This document shows, one piece after another, positions 14,186 to 25,940 of a DNA stretch of 49,237 nt; position 1 is the stretch's first letter; each line of letters starts with the position of its first letter. Under the pieces are notes generated by a model, which was not told where the DNA came from, searched no databases, and saw only the letters and a program-made list of their open reading frames with translations. The translations under genes were made by a program, and so were the position numbers. This DNA comes from Octopus bimaculoides (lineage: Eukaryota), in contig NC_068987.1 in assembly GCF_001194135.2 (NCBI RefSeq), positions 6,127,309 to 6,176,545 of the forward strand, in the 5' to 3' direction.

Positions 14186-14318
14186 TGCGTACGAAATATT
14201 TTTTTAATTATTTGCTAATTTAAGTGGAAGAGAAAATCGATGTAAATGATCCGAGCCATTTTAATTAATTGCAGAAATTTTCTAAAACAACATCAATGAG
14301 TTGGTGTAAGAAATCGTA

Positions 14319-14449
14319 GTTGTTGTTGTTGTTGTTGTTATTGCTGTTGCTGCTGCTGCTGTGTTCTTGTTGTTATTCTTCGCTGTTGTTGTTGTTGCTT
14401 ATGATGATGATGCTGTTATTTTTGTTTTTATTCTTCTTATCGCTGCTGC

Positions 14450-14499
<50 letters not shown>

Positions 14500-14705
14500 A
14501 TGATGATGCTGTTGCCGTTGTTGTTGTTGTCGATGATGATGACGATGATCATGATACTCTCGTTGTTGTTGTTGTTGTTGTTGAAGATATTGCCGGGGGT
14601 TTTTTACCGTTGTTGTTGATGTTTTTAACGATGTTGTTGTTGATGCCGCTGTTGTTGATGCTGCAGTCGTTGTCCCTGCTGCTACTGTTATAGTTGTCGT
14701 TATTG
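14319..14705. repeat. Compound (GTT)n/(GAT)n/(GCT)n microsatellite
   Basis: Direct reading; explains the poly-L and poly-V ORFs. Confidence 0.95.
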
Positions 14706-15228
14706 TTGTAGATGAATACTTGACAGGTAATGATTTCTAACATTTCCAAATAATTTATGGGTATTACTGGTATTTATGGACGTCCATGTGTTTCCTCTAC
14801 ACCAAATTTTACTCAAGCTTTTTCATTTCCTGAACGCATCATCCAATACAAATCTGAGAAACATACGGTAGTATCTTAGTAACAGAGAAAGAAACTCCTA
14901 AACGATTGTGTACAATAACAGTAAGTAACAGTCGTTGTATTTAATGTGGACAGTTATTTCCTTCTTCGAACAAAACGTGACAATTGAGTTTTATTGTCGA
15001 ACATTCATTGGAAGAGGAGGAGGGAACGTTTGTCAGCTTTTGATAGTCAGGAAATCTGAAGCTTCTAGCATGAAATATTCTGGAGAGTCAATATAAATGT
15101 AATTCTCGGCAAACAAACAAACAACTATTTATTAAGAAAGTGCAAATTAGTTTTGCTCTCATAAAACATCATTTTGTGGTGGCTGTTTTCTTGCTGTTGT
15201 TATTACTACTGCCACAGCTGCTCCTGTT

Positions 15229-15259
<31 letters not shown>

Positions 15260-17499
15260 CTGCTGTTATTACTACTGCTGTTACTGCTCCTGTTGTTGTT
15301 TTTCTTGCATCGGAAATATACCTTACTTGTATGAGGCAAAAATAAATTAGATGGAGTGAATTGGTTGATTGAAAAAAAAAACATCTCATAAGAATCAATT
15401 AATTTAAATGAAACCATTTTATTGCAAAACTATTTATTTTGTTGGATAAATTGTTATTATCATCGATCAATATATATATAGCGAAGAACATTCCAAGATG
15501 CATAACAACATTGACTTAATTACTCCACTTAAAATAAAACTAGTTGCTAAAGAAACTGTACAGAGAAAAAAAATCATTACTTCAGCGAAACATTTTATGC
15601 AACATGAACAACCTTTTATGCGTCGTGAGTTTTCTTTTCTAACCAGCAATAGAGATAATCAAAAATAATTATTCTTATTTTCTCCTAAAGGTACTTTAAA
15701 ACGAAGATGTAATACGTAAAATTGATTAAAACTCAAGTTACACAATGGATTTAGGGAAGTTTCTAACAATTTTTAGATAAGTTTCAAACAACTTTTAGGG
15801 AAAGTTCTTACAGAGATATAGATATATCTCTGAGAAAAGAACTTGAAGACGCAAGAGAGAAAGAAAGCAAAGCACTGGAGGCTAGTGAATGTTTCATTCC
15901 ATCATTTTATTTGTTAACTAAATATTTAGCATGAAAATTGTAACAAAACACTTCAAACGCTTAAGATATTTGTGCAGTAGATTATTGGTGAACTATGAAA
16001 AATGTGTTTTGAAGTCAGAGAAATAAGATCGTCTCTAGTAGAGTTTAGTACATTAGTGTGCACATTCTTATGAAGTTGGGTGCCCTGCCTTGTTTTAATG
16101 GATCTCCCGGACAACGCTGAAAGAATTACAGTTACTGCAGCTCCTACGAATTATATTATCTTTGTAAAACGTATTTATCTTCTTACAGAGGTTGAAAATG
16201 AAGTTTCAAGAAATATCTAACAGAATAGTTTCATTTTATTATAAAAGAGAATGTTACGAATTCCTAGATTTACCTAAAGTCATTAGAGAAAAGCAGACGG
16301 TACCGAGAGCTTAGTTATTACCTAACGGAACTAACCATTCCACCGGCCTTAACTGGACGACTGTATTTAAGTAGCACAATAATATAGAGTAATATACATA
16401 GAAAAACAATTATTTATTCACTAAAGGGAGGCAATAGATGAACTAAAACTCCGAGATGATTGTCCCCACACTGAAAATGCAGGAGCTACTCAGAGGTATT
16501 GAAAGGTCTTCTGAATCTATTACAATGTCGGAAACACTTTTATTTCATTAGCGAGTATCTCATGGTCAAAAGCGTCTTGACCCTTAACTTTCACGCTTGA
16601 CCTGAGTGTAGAGTATCTAGGATTGAACTAATCTTTGCCTACGAAGAGTCCTACCAGCAATCTCTTGTCCATTACAGCTAACTTAAGTTGGCTTCAACAC
16701 TAACCAGACGAGTACTTTTAAATAACATAATGGTCTAAAGAAATTAATATACAAAAAAGTTATTTATTCGCTAAATGGAGAAATATATTACAAAATACTT
16801 AGAAATGAATATAACATTTTTCGTATAGAATGAGCGGATAATGAAAAATAATTAAGACGTTTTCAATGGCTATTCATGGAGAAAGGTCGATGTAGGAATG
16901 ATAGTAAGCGAACATATATTCATTTGCGTAATAGCCATTTAATTAATATACTCATTAACAATGTTCATTTAATAAGTTCCTTTAATTGTTCCATGGCGTT
17001 ATCTTAATTTAAGAGCTGTTGCTACTGGTTTTAATTAATATTGAAGATTTACTGAGTATAATCGGGAAGCCATTAAGTCTTAGCTGTACTTGAAAACTCG
17101 GTGACTATTTGTTTCATGCATTGTAATATCCTTCAGCGCGTAACGGATGGTGGGTCATAAAACTACTTTCTATTTTTGGTTTTAAGAACAGGGAAACAAT
17201 TTTGAACTTGAGTTTGCTTTTTCACTTGATTTAGACTAAAATTGGCTGATTTCAAAACTACAATTCTATCGCATCAGTTTTTTTTTTTCCTACAGCTGTC
17301 TTTTTGAATAAGCACAATTATACCATTCGTCCGTAAGTAATAGAGCTGGTCATTTGCTTTTATTATAATAAATTGATAGACAGTCTGAGATAGATATCTT
17401 TGGTATTTTAGAATATATTGCATTTTATAAATCGTTTTTAACGGTGGAATTAGACGTAGATAAATCTATAAATGATCCTTTCCGCTAAAGGTAGAAGGC

Positions 17500-17925
17500 C
17501 TGAAATTTTGACTACATCCAACCCAGTGATTCAATGGTACTTACTGTGGTGCATAATAATCGCGGCTTGTTTTCAACAAATTTTAATTCAACAAAAACAA
17601 TAACAATAGTTAACAAAAACATCTTTGAATGGTGGTTTGACCGTCTGCCGAACAAATTGGAAGCAGTAATTGAAGTAGATAGTGAATATGCTTCGGAATA
17701 ATCATTTAAAGATGTGTTTTTGTTACATGTTGTTATTGTCTTTGTTGAATAAAATTTGTTGAAAAAAAGCCGCAATAATTATGCAGCAACTCTATAATTT
17801 ATCGACCCCGAAAAGATGAAAGGTAAAGTCGACCTCGGCGGAATTTGAACTCAGAACGTAAAGACGGACGAAATGCTGCTAAGCATTTTTTCCAGCGTTC
17901 TAACTGTTCTGCCAGCTCGCCGCCT
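17500..17925 (-). mobile_element. SINE family B, interrupted by a mariner MITE
   Basis: Consensus ...TGGTACTTA|ATTTATCGACCCCGAAA... is split at a TA; the head TTCTGCCAGCTCGCCGCC ends near 17925. Confidence 0.85.
17544..17794 (+). mobile_element. Non-autonomous mariner (Hsmar1/cecropia-like) MITE
   Basis: About 85-bp terminal inverted repeats (TGCATAAT.AT.GCGGCTT), TA target duplication, and internal DRLPNKLEAVIEVDSEY* resembling the mariner transposase C-terminus. Confidence 0.85.
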
Positions 17926-18451
17926 TCATATGCTTTAGAATAATATATTGCATTTTCTTACGGTATAGTCTAATTGGGATTCTTTTGTGCTGCTAAATAT
18001 TATTTTATATAATAGGTTAGTCTAGGTGGTCTCAGAAGCACCGGTTTTACGTTATAAGTTTGACTTTCTTTTAATCCAATTAGGTTTCTGGGATCCTACA
18101 AAAAATACTTTATGCAGGGGCAGGATACAAACAGGTTATCATGAAACTGGTTCCCAAAACTGAGCTCACCATATCTTGCTAACAAATCACTTTCTAATTA
18201 CGTTTTGTGCATTATTAAAGTAAGTTTTATCCCTTAATAGCTCTTATATGCAAGCTGGACGGATTATGACATAAGAATATAATACTTTTTTCGTCGCTAC
18301 TTAAAGATAAACTAAAATATGAGTCGATAAGTAAATAACCTTTTTACACGGACTACTGCAGTCCGTTAATCTGACAATGAAAGCATTGCTAATCGAAGTC
18401 GACGCATTCTTGTTTTCTCACGGCTAACATATTGATTTGGTTATCAAAAGA

Positions 18452-18457
18452 TTTATT
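18452..18457 (-). promoter_or_regulatory. Candidate polyadenylation signal AATAAA
   Basis: First AATAAA on the minus strand, about 30 nt after the stop codon of the IgGFc-type gene. Confidence 0.45.
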
Positions 18458-18485
18458 ACAAGAAAGACGCAACTATAAACTATTT

Positions 18486-19498
18486 TCATGTGTCAAATGA
18501 AGGCGATATAGTTCTTTGTGCACGAGGTTTTATCCAGTTCTCCACAAACAGGCAGCCGGCTAAAAATATAAACACGGCCAGTAATGATGCTCCTAAGGAG
18601 CTGACCAACGCTACGATATTACTTTCCTCTTGTTTACTGTACATACTCTGAACCAGTTGCAGTCTTTTTCCTTCATTCGAGAAGAGACCAAGAAGCTTGC
18701 AACCTTTTATAAATGTAAGATCTTCATCAAATAGTCCATCGCCATCGTCGTCTTTTTGATTATTTAGTTCTTCATCTGTCCTACTGTCGCAGTCCTCATC
18801 GATGCCATTACCCAAATCTAACCTATACAAAGTGGATAGTTGTATGTTGGTCAACAATGCTACATCGGATGGATTCAGCCATGTGAATGAATCGGTAATT
18901 AAATTTCGCTTTATATTCGAAGAAGAAATCGATTCTAAAATCGAAATCAAAGTTAAGTTTGGACAATTAATCGTTGGAAAGGAATGTATCGGAAATGGAT
19001 ACATTCGCTTAAAAGTTTGGTTCACCATCCCGAAATAACCATAAAATGACACAGATTTCAAATATTTTTGCATTGTTGAATTTTTACTCTGATTTGGGTA
19101 AGTAATCGACCATTCTGCAATGTAACGATTGTAAACAGTGAAATGTTTAGAGTTATTCAATACTGGCACTGACAAAAGATTTGGTGTCGCTTCAGTAGAA
19201 CCATTGCAGTGATTGTAAAGAATAAAAGTAAAGCTTTGATAGACACTGCTTGAAGCTAATAACAGATACTTTAAGTTTAAATACTGTAAAGTTGGTGGAA
19301 TACAATGCAGCGTCATTGCGTTAGATTGGTTCAGTGTATGGTGAATGTGAGTCAGCAGCAAGACTCCTTTTTCCGAGTGAATAAAAGCGAAATCTCCTGC
19401 AGAAAGAGATAAAGAAAGCTGCTGCTGGGAAGCTTCTAATGTCTTGGATTGTTCTCCGTTTTTTGTCCGCCATGTAATCTTGGTGTCACTTTGTAAAG
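18486..19498 (-). CDS. IgGFc-binding-domain membrane protein, terminal exon with acidic repeat motif, TM helix and cytoplasmic tail
   Basis: Strong acceptor ttttttttcttttcgtag|CT at 19499, phase 1. The frame is open from 19498 (longer than the ORF track shows): ALQSDTKITW...FIHSEKGVLLL...CIPPTLQY...GNGIDEDCDSRTDEELNNQKDDDGDGLFDED...IVALVSSLGASLLAVFIFLAGCLFV...SFDT*. Spliced total 1776 nt = 591 aa + stop. Confidence 0.9.
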
Positions 19499-20009
19499 CT
19501 ACGAAAAGAAAAAAAATAGGTTAATTTTGTGCAAATGCTATGGAGTGCAACATACGTCTTCATTACTGACCCTCTTTCAGCCAACCACACTAATTTCTGC
19601 TTTCACATGAGAATATATTATCCATACATGTATTCTTTTATACATGTATGCCTATACAGGTTATATAAATGTGTTTCATCATTATTTTTCGGCGTAAACG
19701 AAGTCAACGTGAGATCGAAAGGAATTCACGAATTTCTTGGAATTGAACCCACATCAATCATGTTGAAATTATTGTCTTTCCTGATAACGCTTTTGTACCT
19801 CTTCACAGTATACACCTCTTATGCATTTACACAGAATAAGAATGTAAAGGATTCTGCAATCGAAATTCAGCCACGGCACCAAAAGACAGAAATGGTCTCG
19901 CAAATACACAAGAGTCAAAAGAAATGCAGACTTACAGTATTAATGTATCAATGGATTAAATGGAAAACAGACAAGTTACAAATAGTTTTTCTGAGTAGGG
20001 TATTCTTTT

Positions 20010-20203
20010 ATTCTCTTACTTCTTTCAGTTATTTGACTGCGGCCAGGCTGGAGCACCGCACCGCCTTTAGTCGAAAAAGTCAGCTCCAGGGCTTATTATA
20101 GCGGTCTCTTTTGCCGAACCACTAAGTTAAGGGAACGTAGACACACCGACATCGGTTATTAATCGATGGTGGGAGTGGACAAGCACAGACACACAAACAT
20201 ATA

Positions 20204-20205
<2 letters not shown>
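20010..20205 (-). mobile_element. SINE family A, 3' half
   Basis: TTTGACTGCGGCCAGGCTGGAGCACC...CTCTTTTGCCGAACCACTAAGTTA. Confidence 0.85.
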
Positions 20206-20281
<76 letters not shown>

Positions 20282-20328
20282 CATTTCTATTATAGGCACA
20301 ATGTCTGAAATTTGGGGAAGGGGGATAT

Positions 20329-20380
<52 letters not shown>

Positions 20381-20381
<1 letters not shown>

Positions 20382-20593
20382 CATTTCTATTATAGGCACA
20401 ATGCCTGAAATTTGGGGAAGGGGGATAGTCGATTACATCGACCCCAGTACTCGACTGGTGCTTAATTTATTGATCCCGAAAGGATGAAAGATAAAGTCGA
20501 TCTCGGCAGAATTTGAACTCAGAACGTAGGGACGGGCGATATACCGTTAAGCATTTCGTCCGGCGTGCTAACGATTCTGCCAGTTCGCCGCCT
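20381..20593 (-). mobile_element. SINE family B (tail type i), full length
   Basis: Reverse complement of head GGCGGCGAACTGGCAGAATCGTTAGCACGCCG, core motif TTTCATCCTTTCGGGATCAATAAATTAAG, and tail CCCCAAATTTCAGGCATTGTGCCTATAATAGAAA. Confidence 0.9.
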
Positions 20594-21464
20594 TAATAGT
20601 AATAATAATAATAATATTGAACGCACATGCACAATGTATGCGCTATGCTGGTTAGTCATCGGTCGGTTGCGTGAGAGGAAAGTCAATCACAGACAGGCAA
20701 GACAACTCAGCCAAGCTTCGTTCAGGGTCGATGGACATCGCTGTGTCGTCAATTTTGTGACTTTATTAACATCACGAATCCGAACCGAACCTGATGCAAC
20801 TTGAATAGCTTATCAATGATTACATGTAAAATAGTGCAAGAACCGTTTGCTGGTAAACCCGAAGGATGCCTACGTGGGGATAAATCCAAATATGAATTAG
20901 AAGCAGCTCGAGTGTTGTACACAATATCGAACACACATACGCTCTCTTTGTGCCTTGTTAGATCGTCGGTCGGCTGCGTGAGGGGAGAAACAATTGAATA
21001 TATGAAAGATGAGGCGATATAAATTGTATTACATTTTTCCCTGAAGGGAGAGAATAAAATTGCAGATGTATGACAATACTTTACCTTTGAGACAACTAAA
21101 AGTGACGTATACGGTGCGAACATATTACTGTGTACATCAACTTTCATCTTGGTGTGAATAAAAGGCGAAAAGTAATATTAAGAAAATTACGGAATATATA
21201 TAGAGGTATAAACTTGAACAAAATCAAAGGAAGACGAGGAAAACGAAAAGAAAATCTGAACATTAAAATAATGAATTTATTTGTAGACCAGAGAATTTAG
21301 CAGCTCTGGCAGATTGCGTTTGAAATTTCATTAGCGCATCTTTTAAGGAGATATACGACCATCACTGGCTAATAAATAGCCAACCACGCGTTAACGTTAA
21401 TAGAAAGTCAATCGAAAGATTTTTAATAAAGAGATCTTTTAAAATTTGTATATATCTTTTCTTA

Positions 21465-21690
21465 TTTTCTATTATCGTCTCTGACTTGTTTCAGTCGTTG
21501 GACTACGGCCATGCTGGAACACTGCCGTGAAGGGTTATAGTTGAACAAGTCAATACCAGTAGTTACTTTTCTTACTTTCTGGTATTTATTCTAGCTGTCT
21601 CTTTTTCGAAACCATTAAATTACGGGTACGTACAGACCACCATCTGTTGCCAGGTGATGGGCTGCAGACAAACATCGCACACACACGGGA
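21465..21690 (-). mobile_element. SINE family A, 3' half
   Basis: TTGTTTCAGTCGTTGGACTACGGCCATGCTGGAAC...TCTCTTTTTCGAAACCATTAAATTACGG. Confidence 0.8.
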
Positions 21691-21929
21691 GTAGGTGAAA
21701 TACTTTTGTTTTTGATATTTTTTAAAGTTTGAACACGAAGTAGAAAATCCCGGGGCTGTAATAGATGACACTAACACCAAAATGTCGCGCAGTGAGACTG
21801 AAACCGAAATCTCGTAATTGCAATGTGATTTTCTTAACCACCAAACAGCCAAGTGCGCCTATAAATAAATGTTTATCCAGCAGCAAAAATTGCGCGGGGC
21901 AACAGCAAATAATAACATATAACATACGT

Positions 21930-22375
21930 AGGTGCAGGCGGGCGTGGCTGTGTGGTAAGAAGCTTGCTTCCTTGTCACGTGGTTCTGGTTTCAGACTCAC
22001 TGCGTGAGACATTGGGCAAGCGTCTTCTGCTGTAGCCTCGGGCCGACCAAAGCCTTGAGAGTGGATTTGGTACACGGAAACTGAAAGAAGCCTATCGTAT
22101 ATGTGTGTTTGTGTGTGTGCGCGTGTGTGCGCGTGTGTGCATGCGTGTATATGTGTGTGAGTATGTACATCTTTGCGTCTGTGTCTGTCCCTCACCACCG
22201 CTTGACAACCGGCGTTTGTGTATGTCTAGGTCCCCGTAACCTAGTGGTTCGGCAAAAGAGGCAGATAGAATAAGTACCAGGCTTAGAAATATGTCCCGGG
22301 GTCGATTCATTCGATTAAAATGCTTTAATGCGGTGCTGTAGCATGGCTGCAATCTAATGACTGAAACAAGTAAAA
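21930..22375 (+). mobile_element. SINE family A, full length
   Basis: Complete head, internal TG tract and tail ending TGACTGAAACAAGTAAAA. Confidence 0.92.
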
Positions 22376-22427
22376 AATAACAGACATAAATAAATTAAAC
22401 AAATGATATAAAATCTAAAATATTTAC

Positions 22428-22928
22428 CCATGATATAAAGTATTGAGTTTATCTGGATCCAGTTGGGAACATACACAAAATACTGCCCAGTTAAAGTTGA
22501 AACCGGTTGAAGTGATTCAATCATCAAAATATGTTCATCGTTTTGGTGTTTTGAATATTGTCCGAAGATCACAAACACTGGCTGGTTAGCGACGAGACGA
22601 AAACCCGAGAGATTGCATTGGCATGAAATAGTAACCGTCTCAGACTCATTGAGAACTAAGACGTGAGAAGAAGGCGAGGTATTGACGAATGGTTTTAATA
22701 TTGATTTCGATGGATCATATGATGGCGGTGTGGTTAATGTTAAAGTGGTGTTGTTGTTATGACTCATAATAACCGTGAAATTGAAGTAATTTGTTCCAGG
22801 CTGCTGGGAATTTGGTAAAATCGGGATAACGTATACGTATCCCAAGCTTGATAAAGAATAGACGAGATAGACGTCGTGAAGATACTCCACATAGACACTT
22901 ATCACTTGGGATGAAGATATTTTGTAGC
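22428..22928 (-). CDS. IgGFc-binding-domain membrane protein, exon 2 (YKISSSQVISVYVEYLHDVYLVYSLSSLGYVYVIP...LSGFRLVANQPVFVIFG...LMIESLQPVSTLTGQYFVYVP)
   Basis: Acceptor ttttattttctag|GC and donor G|GTAAAT; 501 nt, phase 1-1, fully open. Motifs match my recollection of the IgGFc-binding N-terminal family (IxSxxxISVY..DxYL..xxLGxxY; DLtG..v.s.kPVaV.sG; lvEQlxPv..wG..Y). Confidence 0.88.
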
Positions 22929-23005
22929 CTAGAAAATAAAATCATGTCTCATTAAATTAGAATATATCGTTGCTTTAAGAAATTATTTAGTTATAAAACC
23001 TGAAG

Positions 23006-23230
23006 CAGTGGTTACCAACCGGCGCCCACATGACCCTTAGGGATTCACATAAGATTCCGTTGTTAAAATTTATGCACAATAAATTGGTTATGCTTTTACA
23101 ATACATAAAATATTTTTTTAGTTTTTTTATACAATATCTTATCAAATTTAATTATAAAAATACAAGAGGATCTTTTAGACATTGAATGGTTATGAGGGTC
23201 CCCTAGAGTAAAATATTAATCAAAGGGACT
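23006..23230 (+). mobile_element. Possible hAT-type MITE fragment
   Basis: Starts CAGTGGTTACCAACC, a common hAT terminus; no matching right end seen. Confidence 0.35.
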
Positions 23231-23244
23231 TTCTGCAGGGCACA

Positions 23245-23400
23245 TCTAACGAAACAAATTACCTTCGTATAAAGTTGTATGTAAAAACAACACTAAACTG
23301 CAGAATTGCTCAATATTTTTTAGGGATGCACGCTTATTAAATTTTTACATGAAAGGTCATATTGACTTGGGAGTTTCCGCCGGATACCCTTCGTGTGTGT
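23245..23400. repeat. Dispersed repeat, copy 1 (copy 2 at 28045-28190)
   Basis: Shared ACACTAAACTG.AG.ATTGCTCAATATT...GCTTATTAAA...AAAGGTCA.ATTGACTTGGGAGTTTC, each followed by (TG)n. Confidence 0.8.
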
Positions 23401-23606
23401 NNNNNNNNNNGGGGGGGGGTGCATGTGCACGTGTGTGTGCGTGTGTGTGGTTATAGGTAAAAAGTAATTGAGAACCATTGATCTAGCGGGAAACTATATC
23501 TATTTAACAATTCCTCGACTACAATTTAGATTTAATGGAATCACGCTTGCGTAATGTACGTGACAGTCAGAGACAAAATTAATGTCAAAGCTGTAAATGT
23601 TGGATC

Positions 23607-23846
23607 CAGTAATCCCTCGACTATCGCGGGTGCTACGTTCTAAAAACTCCCTGCGATAGGTGAAAATCCGTAAAGTAGAAACAGTACTGTACTGTATATT
23701 ATTATTATTATTATTATTATAATTTGTATATATCTATTTTATTACAAATGCAAAACAACACCACGGAGGAATCGGCGTAAGATTAAATAATAAGCCGCGG
23801 TAGGTGAACGATGATAGGTGAACCGCCACATGGCGAGGGATTATAG
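23607..23846 (+). mobile_element. pogo/Tigger-like MITE, copy 1
   Basis: TIR CAGTAATCCCTCG...CGAGGGATTA; homologous to 38491-38735 and 41610-41860. Confidence 0.85.
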
Positions 23847-24039
23847 TTGCGTCTTGTAAGAAATCTTTTGATAACCAAATCAATATATTTATTTTATCAT
23901 ACAGTCGTAACTCAATGAAATCTTAGGTTGGCATGCACAAGTCTAATATACCACCCGCCAAATTCACAGGAAAAGATAATTAATTGTGGATCGTAAATAA
24001 TTATGGATAAATTATTCATCTAATTTTGAAACAAAGCCA

Positions 24040-24440
24040 GCAATTTGAGGGGAGGGGAAATCGATTACATCGACCTCAGTGTTCTACTGGTATTTATTTC
24101 ATCGACTCCAAATAAATGAAAGGTAAAGTCGACCTCGGGAGAATTTGAGCCCGGAACGTAAGGCCGGAAGAATTGCCACTAAGCATTTTTTTCCGGCATG
24201 CTGATGTTTCTCCTAGCTCGCCACCTTCATATCCTTCCTATTATAGGCACAAGACATGAAATTTTGTGGTTGGTGTGTGTGGGGGGGGGGAAGCTAGTCG
24301 AATATGTCGACACCATTACTTCACTAGCACTTGTTTTATCGATCCCGAGTGTATGACAGGTAAAGTCAACCTCGGAAGATCTTCAACTCAGTACGTGAAG
24401 AACCGGAAGAAATGCTGCTTGGCATTTTGTCCGGCGCAGT
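24040..24440 (-). mobile_element. Two tandem SINE family B copies (24040-24228, 24240-24440)
   Basis: Each has the AAAGTC.ACCTCGG and GAACGTAA or GTACGTGA motifs. Confidence 0.8.
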
Positions 24441-24587
24441 TAAGATACAACCAGCTAGCTACCGTAATTAAATTAAGAAAGTATACGTGTTTGCAACGGC
24501 ACAGATTCTGAATGGGTGCCAAGTAATGGAATTAGAAGACCTTTCGTAGTCACAGTCTCAAATATATTCGAGAGGAAAGCTAAAAAT

Positions 24588-25133
24588 NNNNNNNNNNNNN
24601 NNNNNNNNNNNNNNNNNNNNNNNNNNNNNNNNNNNNNNNNNNNNNNNNNNNNNNNNNNNNNNNNNNNNNNNNNNNNNNNNNNNNNNNNNNNNNNNNNNNN
24701 NNNNNNNNNNNNNNNNNNNNNNNNNNNNNNNNNNNNNNNNNNNNNNNNNNNNNNNNNNNNNNNNNNNNNNNNNNNNNNNNNNNNNNNNNNNNNNNNNNNN
24801 NNNNNNNNNNNNNNNNNNNNNNNNNNNNNNNNNNNNNNNNNNNNNNNNNNNNNNNNNNNNNNNNNNNNNNNNNNNNNNNNNNNNNNNNNNNNNNNNNNNN
24901 NNNNNNNNNNNNNNNNNNNNNNNNNNNNNNNNNNNNNNNNNNNNNNNNNNNNNNNNNNNNNNNNNNNNNNNNNNNNNNNNNNNNNNNNNNNNNNNNNNNN
25001 NNNNNNNNNNNNNNNNNNNNNNNNNNNNNNNNNNNNNNNNNNNNNNNNNNNNNNNNNNNNNNNNNNNNNNNNNNNNNNNNNNNNNNNNNNNNNNNNNNNN
25101 NNNNNNNNNNNNNNNNNNNNNNNNNNNNNNNNN
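24588..25133. other. Assembly gap, representative of about 14 N-runs that are mostly flanked by (TA)n
   Basis: Run of N; ORFs spanning these gaps are artefacts. Confidence 0.99.
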
Positions 25134-25203
25134 TATATATATATACATACATACATTTATGCATATATAGATGTTTATATAGGTATATATATGTATATGT
25201 ATA

Positions 25204-25258
<55 letters not shown>

Positions 25259-25863
25259 AGATATAGATATGTATACACGTATATATGTGTGCATGTGTGT
25301 GCATGTATGTGTGAATTTATACGCAACACACACCTTTATTTACTTACATATACATCACATAATGGTGTGTACGCGCGTGCATGCAGGAGCATATATGAGA
25401 GTAACCTCATTCAATCTTATCACAGTTATTTATTTTATAAATATAGCCACACACACGCGCACACACATACATCCACACGCATGCACACATACACACGCGT
25501 TAGCATATGAAGAATCGAGTAAACCGTTTTAATTAGTAGCCATAAATGCAACAATGTGAATGATTAAAATCAATATATCTAACAATGGTCATTGTTAATC
25601 ATTGGATTAGTAACCCGTCGTTTTAAAGCTTGAACTTTCAATCTACTTTTGATTGCTATCATGTCTTTATTACATTATTGATCCTTCGTTGTTATCGACG
25701 ATGAGCATTTAGCTGTTCGATTAACTGGACAGCCTCATCGTTAAATTTAATATTTACACAGTAAGCATAAGAAATGCAGTGTTGTGAATAAACAAACGTT
25801 TCCTTAGTCCTGAGTCCATCCCGCGTCTGGTGGCGCATTTGGGCAGACAACGGTCTCCACTGA

Positions 25864-25905
<42 letters not shown>

Positions 25906-25909
25906 TCTC

Positions 25910-25937
<28 letters not shown>

Positions 25938-25940
<3 letters not shown>

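Noticed and set aside
19397-19410. Alternative phase-1 acceptor tctctttctgcag at 19397
   Set aside because: In frame, but it would delete 34 aa that match the domain pattern. The 19499 acceptor is stronger. It could still be a minor isoform.
19331-19473. Minus-strand ORF MADKKRRTIQDIRSFPAAAFF... with a good Kozak context, overlapping exon 3
   Set aside because: It is an alternative frame inside the IgGFc exon; the main frame fits the domain motif (IMALQSDTKITW). No independent support.
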